From assembly GCF_030817195.1 (NCBI RefSeq), contig NZ_JAUSYZ010000001.1:974007-1006006 (forward strand): a stretch of 32,000 nt of DNA, written 5' to 3'. Position numbers and translations under genes: made by a program. Under the pieces are notes generated by a model, which was given only the letters and a program-made list of their open reading frames with translations, had not been told where the DNA came from and did no database searches. Numbering within the stretch: position 1 is the stretch's first letter; each line of letters opens with the position of its first letter. Shown piece after piece: positions 1 to 8,965 of the stretch. The DNA comes from Arthrobacter globiformis (GTDB lineage: Bacteria; Actinomycetota; Actinomycetes; Actinomycetales; Micrococcaceae).

Positions 1-380
1 ACGACGACTTCGGCACCGCCAAACAGGCCGCCCTCGAAGGCGCTATCGGCCCGGTTCCACAGATTGTGCTTGCCTCGCTCCTTGCGTTCTTCGCCGGGCA
101 GACCATCAACTCGTGGATCCTGGTCCGGATGAAGGCCCGCACCGGGGAGAAGTCGCTGTGGGCCCGCATCATGAGCTCGTCCGTGGCCGGGGAATTCGTG
201 GACACGCTGATTTTCTGCAGCATCGCGGCCTCGGTGATCGGCATCAGCGACTTTGGCATGTTTGCGAACTACGTGCTGGTGGGCTTCCTCTACAAGACCC
301 TCGTGGAGTTCCTCTTCGTCCCCGTGACCGCCTTGGCCATCGGCTGGGTCAAGAAGCGCGAACCGAGCTACGGGGCGTAG
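1..380 (+). CDS. yhhQ: Queuosine-precursor (preQ0/preQ1) transporter, YhhQ/DUF165 family; 5' end lies outside the window
   Basis: The frame is open from nt 3 (DDFGTAKQAALEGAIGPVPQIVLASLLAFFAGQTINSWILVRMK...). The hydrophobic C-terminal half follows the E. coli YhhQ pattern (P-[RQ]-I-x-LAS-x-x-A-[FY]-x-x-G-Q ... S-D-T-L-I-F). It sits convergent to tgt. Confidence 0.75.
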   Translation, partial: DDFGTAKQAALEGAIGPVPQIVLASLLAFFAGQTINSWILVRMKARTGEKSLWARIMSSSVAGEFVDTLIFCSIAASVIGISDFGMFANYVLVGFLYKTLVEFLFVPVTALAIGWVKKREPSYGA

Positions 381-455
381 GAACCCCGGGTAGGCTATGC
401 GTGGGCCCGCCCAGCCCGGCCGCCGCGAAATCGCCGGAGCCGCGGCTCAGGAGCT

Positions 456-1763
<1,308 letters not shown>

Positions 1764-1793
1764 TCAAGTGTGCCAGCTAACAGCGGCGAACCT

Positions 1794-2519
1794 TCACTGG
1801 ATGGGTTCTGATGTGGGGTAGTTCTCAGAGCGCCAGTCGTCCCAGAGGGAGCGGATCGTTTCCATGCTGTGGGCGCCCAGATCGTAGAGCGAGATGATCA
1901 CCATCGAGCCGCCGTCGGGCCTTTTCTCGGGGATCACGGGCTGGTCAGCCACAATCAGCAGGCCCTCCCCGTGCTCCGCGTAGCTGTGTACGGTGATCCC
2001 CACCTGGTGGTTGGTCTTGTGCCAGACCCTGCCCGAGACCTCCTCGCCGGTGCCCAGGGTCAGCGAGTACTCTTCACCGGGGGCGGGGATGTCCTTGAGC
2101 CCGAGTTTCTCGATGGCGGAGCCGCCCGAGCCGGGGACGGAGAAGTAGCAGGTGCGGCGCTTCCCGTGGGGATGGCGCTCCACCGCGAACCGCAGCTGCT
2201 GCAGGAAGATCAGCCACCCCTGGGTGATGTCCTCGTCCCACGCGGCCCATTCGGAGTTGTGGTCCACACCGGCGCGGGTGACGCTGACCTCAGTTCCCGT
2301 GGGGACGGGCTTCAGCGTGAAGATGTCGCCGTTGTTGACCGTCAGGGAGGTGTGGTCCGGCCCTTCGACCACGTTCTTGCTGAAGTAGATCTCATTGATT
2401 TCTGCCGCCAGCTCGTCGGCTTCCCAGCCGTGCCATTGCGCAACTTTTGAGGGTTCACGCAGCATCGTCCAAATCTGTGGGGCGTCGGAATTGATCACAA
2501 CGCTGAGATTGTTGGTCAT
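1794..2519 (-). CDS. Hypothetical protein, probably SRPBCC (START/Bet v1/AHSA1-like) fold
   Basis: 241-aa ORF with high third-position GC. The N-terminus (SVVINSDAPQIWTMLREPSKVAQWHGW) resembles SRPBCC/AHSA1-type openings. The assignment rests on pattern memory only. Confidence 0.45.
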   Translation of the reverse strand: MTNNLSVVINSDAPQIWTMLREPSKVAQWHGWEADELAAEINEIYFSKNVVEGPDHTSLTVNNGDIFTLKPVPTGTEVSVTRAGVDHNSEWAAWDEDITQGWLIFLQQLRFAVERHPHGKRRTCYFSVPGSGGSAIEKLGLKDIPAPGEEYSLTLGTGEEVSGRVWHKTNHQVGITVHSYAEHGEGLLIVADQPVIPEKRPDGGSMVIISLYDLGAHSMETIRSLWDDWRSENYPTSEPIQ

Positions 2520-2597
2520 GGCCTGAATCTACAACTTGGGCGCGACCCGGGCTAGAGGAATTTCCGGCGGAAACGGGCAGCCGTACCGCAGGGCCGC

Positions 2598-3719
2598 TTA
2601 GCCCCGCACGGACTCCAGTTCGTTCGCAATCCGCCGCTCCAGCTCCGATGCGCTGATGGTCTGCGATCCGCCGTGGGCGCGCAGGAACAGCAGCGATTCC
2701 AGCCGCAGCAGCCGCCACTCGCGCTCGGCCTCGTGGTTGGAGTTGTCGATGGAGCGGAAAATCTCTTTGTCGTACAGGTTCGGCTCGTTCAGTGAGCGCT
2801 GGCGGACCCGGGCCTGCATCCGCGCCTTGAACGGGTCCGTCTCCTGGTTGTCCGGCGCCCGAAGCAGCTTCTCATACACTGCGGCGCGGTCCTTCTGGCC
2901 CGTCTGCCGGCACACGTAGCTGGACAGCGCGAGCGACGCCTCCACCGACCCCCAGCGCCCCGGGTTGCCGTCGAAGGGAAGGACGTTCAGCAGGTCGGCC
3001 ACGGCCAGCGACGCCTCGGCGTCCTTGAGCATGACGAACAGCTCATGCGCGAGGTCGCTCAGGTCCTTGAGGCAGCTGCCGGACTTGGTGTTGATGCCCT
3101 TGACCAGCTTGTCGGCCAGCAATTGCACGCCCACGGAGTCCGGATGGGCCTCCGCCACGGCTTCCACCACGGATTCAGGCGTTCCGGAGGGCACCGGGAT
3201 CAGGGCCAGGTCCTCCGCGCTGGGGCCGACCACCGCCGGGGTGGTGGACGGCAGCGGAGGGACGACGACGGCGGCAGGCGCCGTCCGCGCAGTCTCCCCA
3301 ACTGCTTCGTTCCCCACGACGGAAAGGGGAGCGCCGGCGTCGGACGCCTGGGCATCCGCCCTTTGGGCGCCGCCGTCCGCCTCTTGGGGGGCGCCGTCCG
3401 CGCCGGCGCCGTCTGCGGTGGCGGCATCTTCGACGACGGCAGCAGTCTTTACAGCGGCAGTGGCGGCGGCTTCCGGGGACGCGAAGTCGTCAACCGCGGG
3501 TCCGGGGATGCGGACGGACGAGCCGGCAGCGATGCGCAGCGTGCCGCCGCCGGTGAGGGTCGCAAGGATGATGGCGGGGCTGCCGAAATCATCGGTTTCG
3601 ACTTCCACGGAGTGGATTTCCGCGGACCGCTCGCCGTCCGGCAGGAGAAGGTGGTCGCCCGCCCGCAGAGAGCCCGCCTGCTGTTCACGGTAGGTCTTGG
3701 CAGCTGCAGGGTGGTTCAT
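2598..3719 (-). CDS. Hypothetical three-part protein: small N-terminal beta-rich domain, about 110-aa Ala/Asp/Gly/Pro-rich linker, helical C-terminal domain
   Basis: 373-aa ORF whose ATG at 3719 is preceded by TAAGGAC. Composition changes sharply along its length. I recognise no catalytic motif. Confidence 0.6.
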   Translation of the reverse strand: MNHPAAAKTYREQQAGSLRAGDHLLLPDGERSAEIHSVEVETDDFGSPAIILATLTGGGTLRIAAGSSVRIPGPAVDDFASPEAAATAAVKTAAVVEDAATADGAGADGAPQEADGGAQRADAQASDAGAPLSVVGNEAVGETARTAPAAVVVPPLPSTTPAVVGPSAEDLALIPVPSGTPESVVEAVAEAHPDSVGVQLLADKLVKGINTKSGSCLKDLSDLAHELFVMLKDAEASLAVADLLNVLPFDGNPGRWGSVEASLALSSYVCRQTGQKDRAAVYEKLLRAPDNQETDPFKARMQARVRQRSLNEPNLYDKEIFRSIDNSNHEAEREWRLLRLESLLFLRAHGGSQTISASELERRIANELESVRG

Positions 3720-3804
3720 CGGGAGTCCTTAAGTTCTCTTGCGGTCCGCCCAACAGTCTACAAAGGAGAGGGTGCGAAGTCCGGGAGGCGCGGGCGCCCG
3801 GGCG

Positions 3805-4344
3805 TCAGCTGCCGACGCCGGCGTAGGCCAGGGCCTGCCGCACAAGGGCACCGCGGCCGCCGCTGAACTCCAGCTGCACGCCGTCGCTAAGCACTTCCTG
3901 GGGCGTCATCCAGGTCAGCTCCAGCGCGTCCTGGCGGGGTTCGCATTCACCGGTCACGGGGATGATGTAGGCCAGTGATACGGCGTGCTGGCGGTCGTCG
4001 GTGAACCCTGTGTGGGAGGGGGCCGGGAAGTATTCGGCCACGGTGAACGGCGCCGGGCTGATGGGGAGCTGGGGGAATGCCAGCGGGCCGAGGTCCTTTT
4101 CCATGTGGCGCAGCAGGGCAGCGCGGATGGTCTCGCGATAGAGCACCCGGCCGGAGACGAGGGACCGGACCATGGTGCCGTCCTCGTCCGCCTGCAGGAG
4201 CGTGCCCACCTCATTTACAAACCCGAGTGGATCCAGCCGGACCGGCACCGCCTCCACATAGACCATCGGGAGCCTGCCTCTGGCTTCGAAGAGATCCTCG
4301 TCCGAAAGCCAGCCGGGGTTGGGGTCAGGGGTGCGCACGTTCAT
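3805..4344 (-). CDS. Nudix-fold protein with a degenerate Nudix box
   Basis: 179 aa. GRVLYRETIRAALLRHMEKDLG fits G-x5-E-x7-R, but the REUxEE core reads RHMEKD. Confidence 0.6.
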   Translation of the reverse strand: MNVRTPDPNPGWLSDEDLFEARGRLPMVYVEAVPVRLDPLGFVNEVGTLLQADEDGTMVRSLVSGRVLYRETIRAALLRHMEKDLGPLAFPQLPISPAPFTVAEYFPAPSHTGFTDDRQHAVSLAYIIPVTGECEPRQDALELTWMTPQEVLSDGVQLEFSGGRGALVRQALAYAGVGS

Positions 4345-4467
4345 GAGTCATTTTTACCCCATCGCCACAGGTCCGGCCGCCGAGGCGTGGGATCGCGGCC
4401 CTTGGCGGCGGGCAAAACGACGAGATCCTGCCACTCGATTTGCCGCTCCGCGCCGCCTCTCTGCGCC

Positions 4468-4506
4468 GCAGCGGCGCGCCGCAGCGGCGCGCCGAAGCGG
4501 CGCGCC
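4468..4506. repeat. Three tandem 13-bp units (GCAGCGGCGCGCC, GCAGCGGCGCGCC, GAAGCGGCGCGCC), each carrying the palindrome GGCGCGCC
   Basis: Read directly from the sequence, in the intergenic DNA between the VOC-fold gene stop (4515) and the Nudix-fold gene start (4344). Confidence 0.9.
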
Positions 4507-4514
4507 GCCCGGGG

Positions 4515-5243
4515 CTACGACGGGCGCCGGGCGGAGATCCAGAGCGGTGCCCGCTGTGCCGCCGCGCCGTCATTGTCCGGGTGCGGCACATGAAGGGTGC
4601 GCCCGAACGCCTCCTCGGTCAGCGTCACTTCGTGGCCCGCGGCTGTGAGGCGGTCCCGCAGGGCGTCAAGGTCCCCGGCGTACTCGAACCCGAGTCCTGC
4701 GTGCGCCGCGCCGGTGCCGGGCCGCGCCATCAGCACACCGCCGTTCTTGGCGGTGAAGTCGGCAGTTTCGTCGTCGTCCGGGACGGGCCGGAACCGTGCT
4801 CCAATGTCCCGCAGCGCCTGGGCAGCGGCCGTCACGTCCTCGCTGAACCAGACCTCCACCACGGCCAGCGCCGGATCCGCATCCGCACAGCCGGCCCCGT
4901 GGGCGGCCTTGTCGGCGAAGAAGCTGAAACCGTCCGCGCCCGTGATCCGGCAGGAGTCGCCGTGGTCCGCGCGGACAAGCTCGGCGGACGAGGAGTCAGA
5001 TTCCGCGCCGGACTGGTTGGTGCGCCGGGCAAACTCCTCGAGGTCGCCGACCTCCACGCCAAAGTGCGTGACGCCGTCTTCCGCAGCGCCCGGTTCGGCC
5101 TGGTGCAGCGCCAGTCTGCCGGCTCCGGCGTCGTACTCCCGCCAGGAGCCCTCGTCGGTGGTTTTTATCATCCCCAGGTCGGTGAGGAGCCGCTCCCAGG
5201 GGTCAACCCGGGACGTGAAGTGGATGGGGCGGACACGAAGCAT
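4515..5243 (-). CDS. VOC (glyoxalase/bleomycin-resistance fold) family protein, tentative
   Basis: The track ORF 4515..5489 is trimmed to the ATG at 5243, which follows GAGGAGAG. The longer form would cross the divergent ydeI-like gene. The product is 242 aa with repeated beta-alpha-beta-beta-beta-like modules (HFGVEVGDLEEF..., GLGFEYAGDLDAL...). Confidence 0.5.
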   Translation of the reverse strand: MLRVRPIHFTSRVDPWERLLTDLGMIKTTDEGSWREYDAGAGRLALHQAEPGAAEDGVTHFGVEVGDLEEFARRTNQSGAESDSSSAELVRADHGDSCRITGADGFSFFADKAAHGAGCADADPALAVVEVWFSEDVTAAAQALRDIGARFRPVPDDDETADFTAKNGGVLMARPGTGAAHAGLGFEYAGDLDALRDRLTAAGHEVTLTEEAFGRTLHVPHPDNDGAAAQRAPLWISARRPS

Positions 5244-5364
5244 GCTCTCTCCTCGAACTCGAAACACCTGGATCCCGAAAACGGCGCCGACATGGCCATG
5301 ATGCCACGTCTTGAATCGCGCGGCACCGGGTTGAATCACGCAGCGCTGGAGGCAGAATAGGCGC

Positions 5365-5973
5365 ATGGCCGTTGAACTCGAGGAACTGCTGGTGACCGAT
5401 GCCGCCGCATGGCGGACATGGCTGGAATCCCACCACAGCGACAGCCCCGGCGTCTGGCTGGTCCTGCACAAGAAGGGCGGCAACGTCACTGAACTCGATT
5501 ACGACGCCGCCCTGGACGAGGCACTCTGCTTCGGCTGGATCGACGGCCAGGTCAAAAAGCGCGACGGCGGCAGCTACCTCCAGCGCATGACCCGCCGGGG
5601 GCCCAAGAGCCCCTGGTCGGAACGGAACGTGGGCAATGTGGCCCGGCTTGAGGCAGAAGGGAAGATGACGGTCCCGGGACGTGCCGCCGTCGACGCCGCC
5701 AAGGCCGACGGCCGCTGGGAGGCCGCCTATTCAGGACAGGCGACGGCGGAGGTCCCGGCGGATCTGGCCGCCGCCATTGCCGCCGTGCCCGAGGCACAGG
5801 CCATGTTCGACGTGCTGACTTCGGTGAATCGCTACGCGCTGATCTACCGCACCAATTCGGTCAAGCAGGCCTCCACAAGGGAGCGGAAGATCGCCGGATT
5901 TGTCGAGATGCTGGCCCGCGGCGAGACGCCGTACCCGCAGAAGAGGCGCCCGGTGCAGAATCCCGCTGGTTGA
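5365..5973 (+). CDS. YdeI/OmpD-associated (bacteriocin-protection, DUF1801-related) family protein
   Basis: 202 aa with GGAGGC upstream of the ATG. Family-typical blocks: WRTWLESHH, GVWLVLHKK, ALCFGWIDG, and a C-terminal YALIYR...RERKI. Confidence 0.7.
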   Translation: MAVELEELLVTDAAAWRTWLESHHSDSPGVWLVLHKKGGNVTELDYDAALDEALCFGWIDGQVKKRDGGSYLQRMTRRGPKSPWSERNVGNVARLEAEGKMTVPGRAAVDAAKADGRWEAAYSGQATAEVPADLAAAIAAVPEAQAMFDVLTSVNRYALIYRTNSVKQASTRERKIAGFVEMLARGETPYPQKRRPVQNPAG

Positions 5974-6094
5974 GCTTGTCGCTTCATTCCGCTGGTTGAG
6001 CCTGCCGAAACCCGGCGCCGAGCGTCCTGGTAAGGGGCATCGAAAAGGCCGCCCGCGCTAAAATTGGGAGCAACTCCCAACACGAACGGCGAAC

Positions 6095-7786
6095 ATGCAG
6101 CGGTTTTCCCTACGCACGCCCGGCCCCCGCGCGCGGTGGATTGCGGTGGCCGTGGCCCTGGCTCTGGTGCTCGCCGCGGCCGCGGTGATCGGCCTGGCCG
6201 GGCGTTCGGGCGACGGCGGAACGCAGGGCGGACTCCAAGGCGGTGGCACCCAAGGCAGCAGCACCCAGAGCGCAGCTCCGAAGTCGTTCACCCGGCCGGA
6301 GGGCACGTCGCAGTTCAGGCCCTCCTATCACCTCACTCCGGCCAAGGAATGGATGAACGATCCGCAGCGGCCGTTCCTGCTGGACGGGGTGTGGCACTAC
6401 TACTACCTCTACAACGCGGACCACCCCGAGGGGAACGGCACCGAATGGTTCCACGTCACCAGCACCGATCTGGTGCACTGGAAGGACGAAGGCGTGGCCA
6501 TCGAGAAGTTCAAGAACGGCCTCGGGGACATTGAGACCGGCAGCGCCGTGGTGGACCAGGACAACACCGCCGGCTTCGGCAAGGGCGCCGTGGTCGCCGT
6601 CATGACCCAGCAGGACAAAGGGGTGCAGCGGCAGTCCCTGTTCTACTCCACGGACAAGGGCTACACGTTCAAGGCCGCTGACGGGAATCCCGTGATGGAC
6701 AACCCGGGCAAGGAGCACTGGCGCGACCCGAAAATCATCCGCGACGAGGCCCGGGGACAGTGGGTCATGGCGTTGGCCGAGGGGGAAAAGATCGGCCTGT
6801 ACACCTCGCGGGACCTCAAAGACTGGCGCTATGCGTCGGGCTTCGAGCGGAAGGGCCTGGGGATCCTCGAATGCCCTGACCTCTTCCAGCTCGATGCCGA
6901 CGGCGACCCCGCCAAGCGGACCTGGGTCCTGGCAGCCAGCGCGAACGGCACCGCGGAAGGCCGGACCACCGGGGTGGCCTACTGGACCGGGGCCTTTGAC
7001 GGGACCACGTTCACCCCCGCGGATGACAAACACCAGTGGCTCGACGCCGGCGCCGACTTCTATGCAGCCGTCACCTGGGACGATCCCCGGCTGCCGGAAA
7101 ACGAACGGATGGCGTCCCGCCACGCGATCGGCTGGATGAACAACTGGACTTATGCCCGGCAGCTGCCCACGACCGACTGGCAGGGCGGTGCCGACTCCAT
7201 CGTCCGGGACATCCGGCTGAAAACCGTGCAGGGCCGGCCCACGCTCGTCTCCACCCCCACTCCCGCCCTGTCGGCGCTGGACGGCGAAGCCAAGACGGTA
7301 GACGGCAGGGCGCTGACCCCGGAGGCCGCCGGCGGGCTTCCCGAGCCCGCAGGTGGTGCCTACCGGCTGGACGTGACCCTGGAGCGTGCAGCGGGCGACG
7401 ACGGCACGGAGGCCCTGCTGAAACTGGGCAGCGGCGGCTCGGACTTCGCCACGGTGGGCTACAACTTCGAGGCAGGCACGGCATGGGTGAGCCGGACGGC
7501 AGTGGTGCCCGGCGCTGATGCCCTCGGACCTGTGTTCACGGACCGGCGGAGCGCGCAGAGCCCGCCCCGCAACGGCAGCGCGCCGGCGAGGGGCAGCGTG
7601 GACCTGACCATTTTCGTCGACTATTCCTCGGTGGAGGTCTTCGTGAACGGCGGCGAGCAGACCCTGACGTCCGTCGTGCTGCCCAGGTCAGGCCAGCCGG
7701 CGGCCAGCGCCGCCACCGCCGGCGGAAAGCTGACACTGAAGTCGTTCAAGTACACCCCGCTGGCCACCGTGCTGACGGCGCGGTAG
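6095..7786 (+). CDS. Glycoside hydrolase family 32 (beta-fructofuranosidase/levanase/inulinase type) with an N-terminal membrane anchor or signal
   Basis: 563 aa. The GH32 catalytic blocks occur in order: WMNDPQRP (nucleophile Asp), WRDPKI (RDP) and LECPDLF (acid/base Glu). A hydrophobic N-terminus (WIAVAVALALVLAAAAVIGLAG) is followed by a Gly/Gln/Thr-rich linker. Confidence 0.85.
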   Translation: MQRFSLRTPGPRARWIAVAVALALVLAAAAVIGLAGRSGDGGTQGGLQGGGTQGSSTQSAAPKSFTRPEGTSQFRPSYHLTPAKEWMNDPQRPFLLDGVWHYYYLYNADHPEGNGTEWFHVTSTDLVHWKDEGVAIEKFKNGLGDIETGSAVVDQDNTAGFGKGAVVAVMTQQDKGVQRQSLFYSTDKGYTFKAADGNPVMDNPGKEHWRDPKIIRDEARGQWVMALAEGEKIGLYTSRDLKDWRYASGFERKGLGILECPDLFQLDADGDPAKRTWVLAASANGTAEGRTTGVAYWTGAFDGTTFTPADDKHQWLDAGADFYAAVTWDDPRLPENERMASRHAIGWMNNWTYARQLPTTDWQGGADSIVRDIRLKTVQGRPTLVSTPTPALSALDGEAKTVDGRALTPEAAGGLPEPAGGAYRLDVTLERAAGDDGTEALLKLGSGGSDFATVGYNFEAGTAWVSRTAVVPGADALGPVFTDRRSAQSPPRNGSAPARGSVDLTIFVDYSSVEVFVNGGEQTLTSVVLPRSGQPAASAATAGGKLTLKSFKYTPLATVLTAR

Positions 7787-7801
7787 GCAAAGCGGCGCAG
7801 G

Positions 7802-8965
7802 TCAGTCCGACTCGAGCGGGAAGGCCACCGCTTCCCCCACCACGCGCAGGCACAGTTCCGTGCCTGGCTGCGCAATGGACGCATTCCAGTGGCGGATGGT
7901 GATCACCTCACCGCCGCCGGGATAGCGGTGGTCGGGCATGGCACCGGCCAGCTTGGGCGGCACCGCGAGCTTCAGCCGCACGGTGGTTTCGGGGCCGAAG
8001 TAGTCGGTATCCACCACCACGCCGCGGATCGGCCCGTCCTCGGCGATCCGGATCTGCTCCGGACGCAGCATGAGCTGGACGCGGCCCTGCGCGGGCGGGC
8101 GCCGGACGGGGATCCCACCCAGCGAGCAGGTGGCCAGCGAGCCCTCCATCCACGCATCGAGGATCACCGCATCGCCCAGGAACTCGGCCGTGGCACGGTC
8201 CGCCGGCCGGGTGTACACCACGAACGGGTTGCCGATCTGTGCCAGCTTGCCGCCCCGCATGACGGCCACCTGGTCCGCGAAGGAGAGCGCCTCGGCCTGA
8301 TCATGGGTGACGAGGATGGTGGTCACCCCGGCCTCGTTGAGGACCTTGGCCACCGCCCGCCGGGTGGCGACGCGCAGCCCGGCATCCAGGGCGGAGAACG
8401 GCTCATCCAGCAGCATCAGTTCGGGCTCGCGGGCCAGCGCCCGGGCCAGGGCGACACGCTGCTGCTGGCCGCCGGAAAGCTGGTGCGGCCGGCGCTTGGC
8501 CATGGCCGTGTCCAGCGACACCATCTCGAGGAGTTCGTTGACCCGGGCGTTGACCGCGCGCCGGCCGCCGTCGAGCTTTGCGGCACTGAGTCCGAACGCG
8601 ATGTTCTGTCCGACGGTCAGGTGCGGGAACAGGGCGCCGTCCTGGGCCACGTAGCCGACGTGGCGCTTGTGCGCCGGCTTCCACACACCGTCGCCTGCCA
8701 CCGGGGATCCGTTCAGCGAGATGCTGCCGGTGCCCGGGTGTTCAAAGCCGGCGATAAGCCGGAGCAGGGTGGTTTTTCCCGAACCCGAGGGGCCCACGAT
8801 CGCGGTGGTTCCGCCCTTGGCCACGGACAGGTTCACGCCCTTGAGGACGGCCTGCGAGCCGAAGTTCTTGGTGACGGCGTCGATCTCCAGGTGGCTGTTG
8901 GTGCTCGGCGCCACGGACGGTGAGATGCGTGGTTCCGGGAGCCTGGACGGGGATTGTTCGGTCAC
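7802..8965 (-). CDS. fbpC: Fe(III) ABC transporter ATP-binding protein with a C-terminal TOBE-like domain
   Basis: Walker A GPSGSGKT, signature LSGGQQQRVALARAL, Walker B LLLDEPFSALD. The GTG start overlaps the permease stop (GTGA). Confidence 0.8.
   Translation of the reverse strand: MTEQSPSRLPEPRISPSVAPSTNSHLEIDAVTKNFGSQAVLKGVNLSVAKGGTTAIVGPSGSGKTTLLRLIAGFEHPGTGSISLNGSPVAGDGVWKPAHKRHVGYVAQDGALFPHLTVGQNIAFGLSAAKLDGGRRAVNARVNELLEMVSLDTAMAKRRPHQLSGGQQQRVALARALAREPELMLLDEPFSALDAGLRVATRRAVAKVLNEAGVTTILVTHDQAEALSFADQVAVMRGGKLAQIGNPFVVYTRPADRATAEFLGDAVILDAWMEGSLATCSLGGIPVRRPPAQGRVQLMLRPEQIRIAEDGPIRGVVVDTDYFGPETTVRLKLAVPPKLAGAMPDHRYPGGGEVITIRHWNASIAQPGTELCLRVVGEAVAFPLESD

Noticed and set aside
5244-5489. 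5' extension of the VOC-fold ORF. Similar extensions occur at 16168..16257, 26118..26249, 27550..27708, 24605..24793, 13489..14010 and 22429..22575
   Set aside because: The extensions overlap neighbouring genes or divergent promoters and encode Arg/Pro-rich junk. Internal starts have SD sequences or exact stop/start coupling with the upstream gene.
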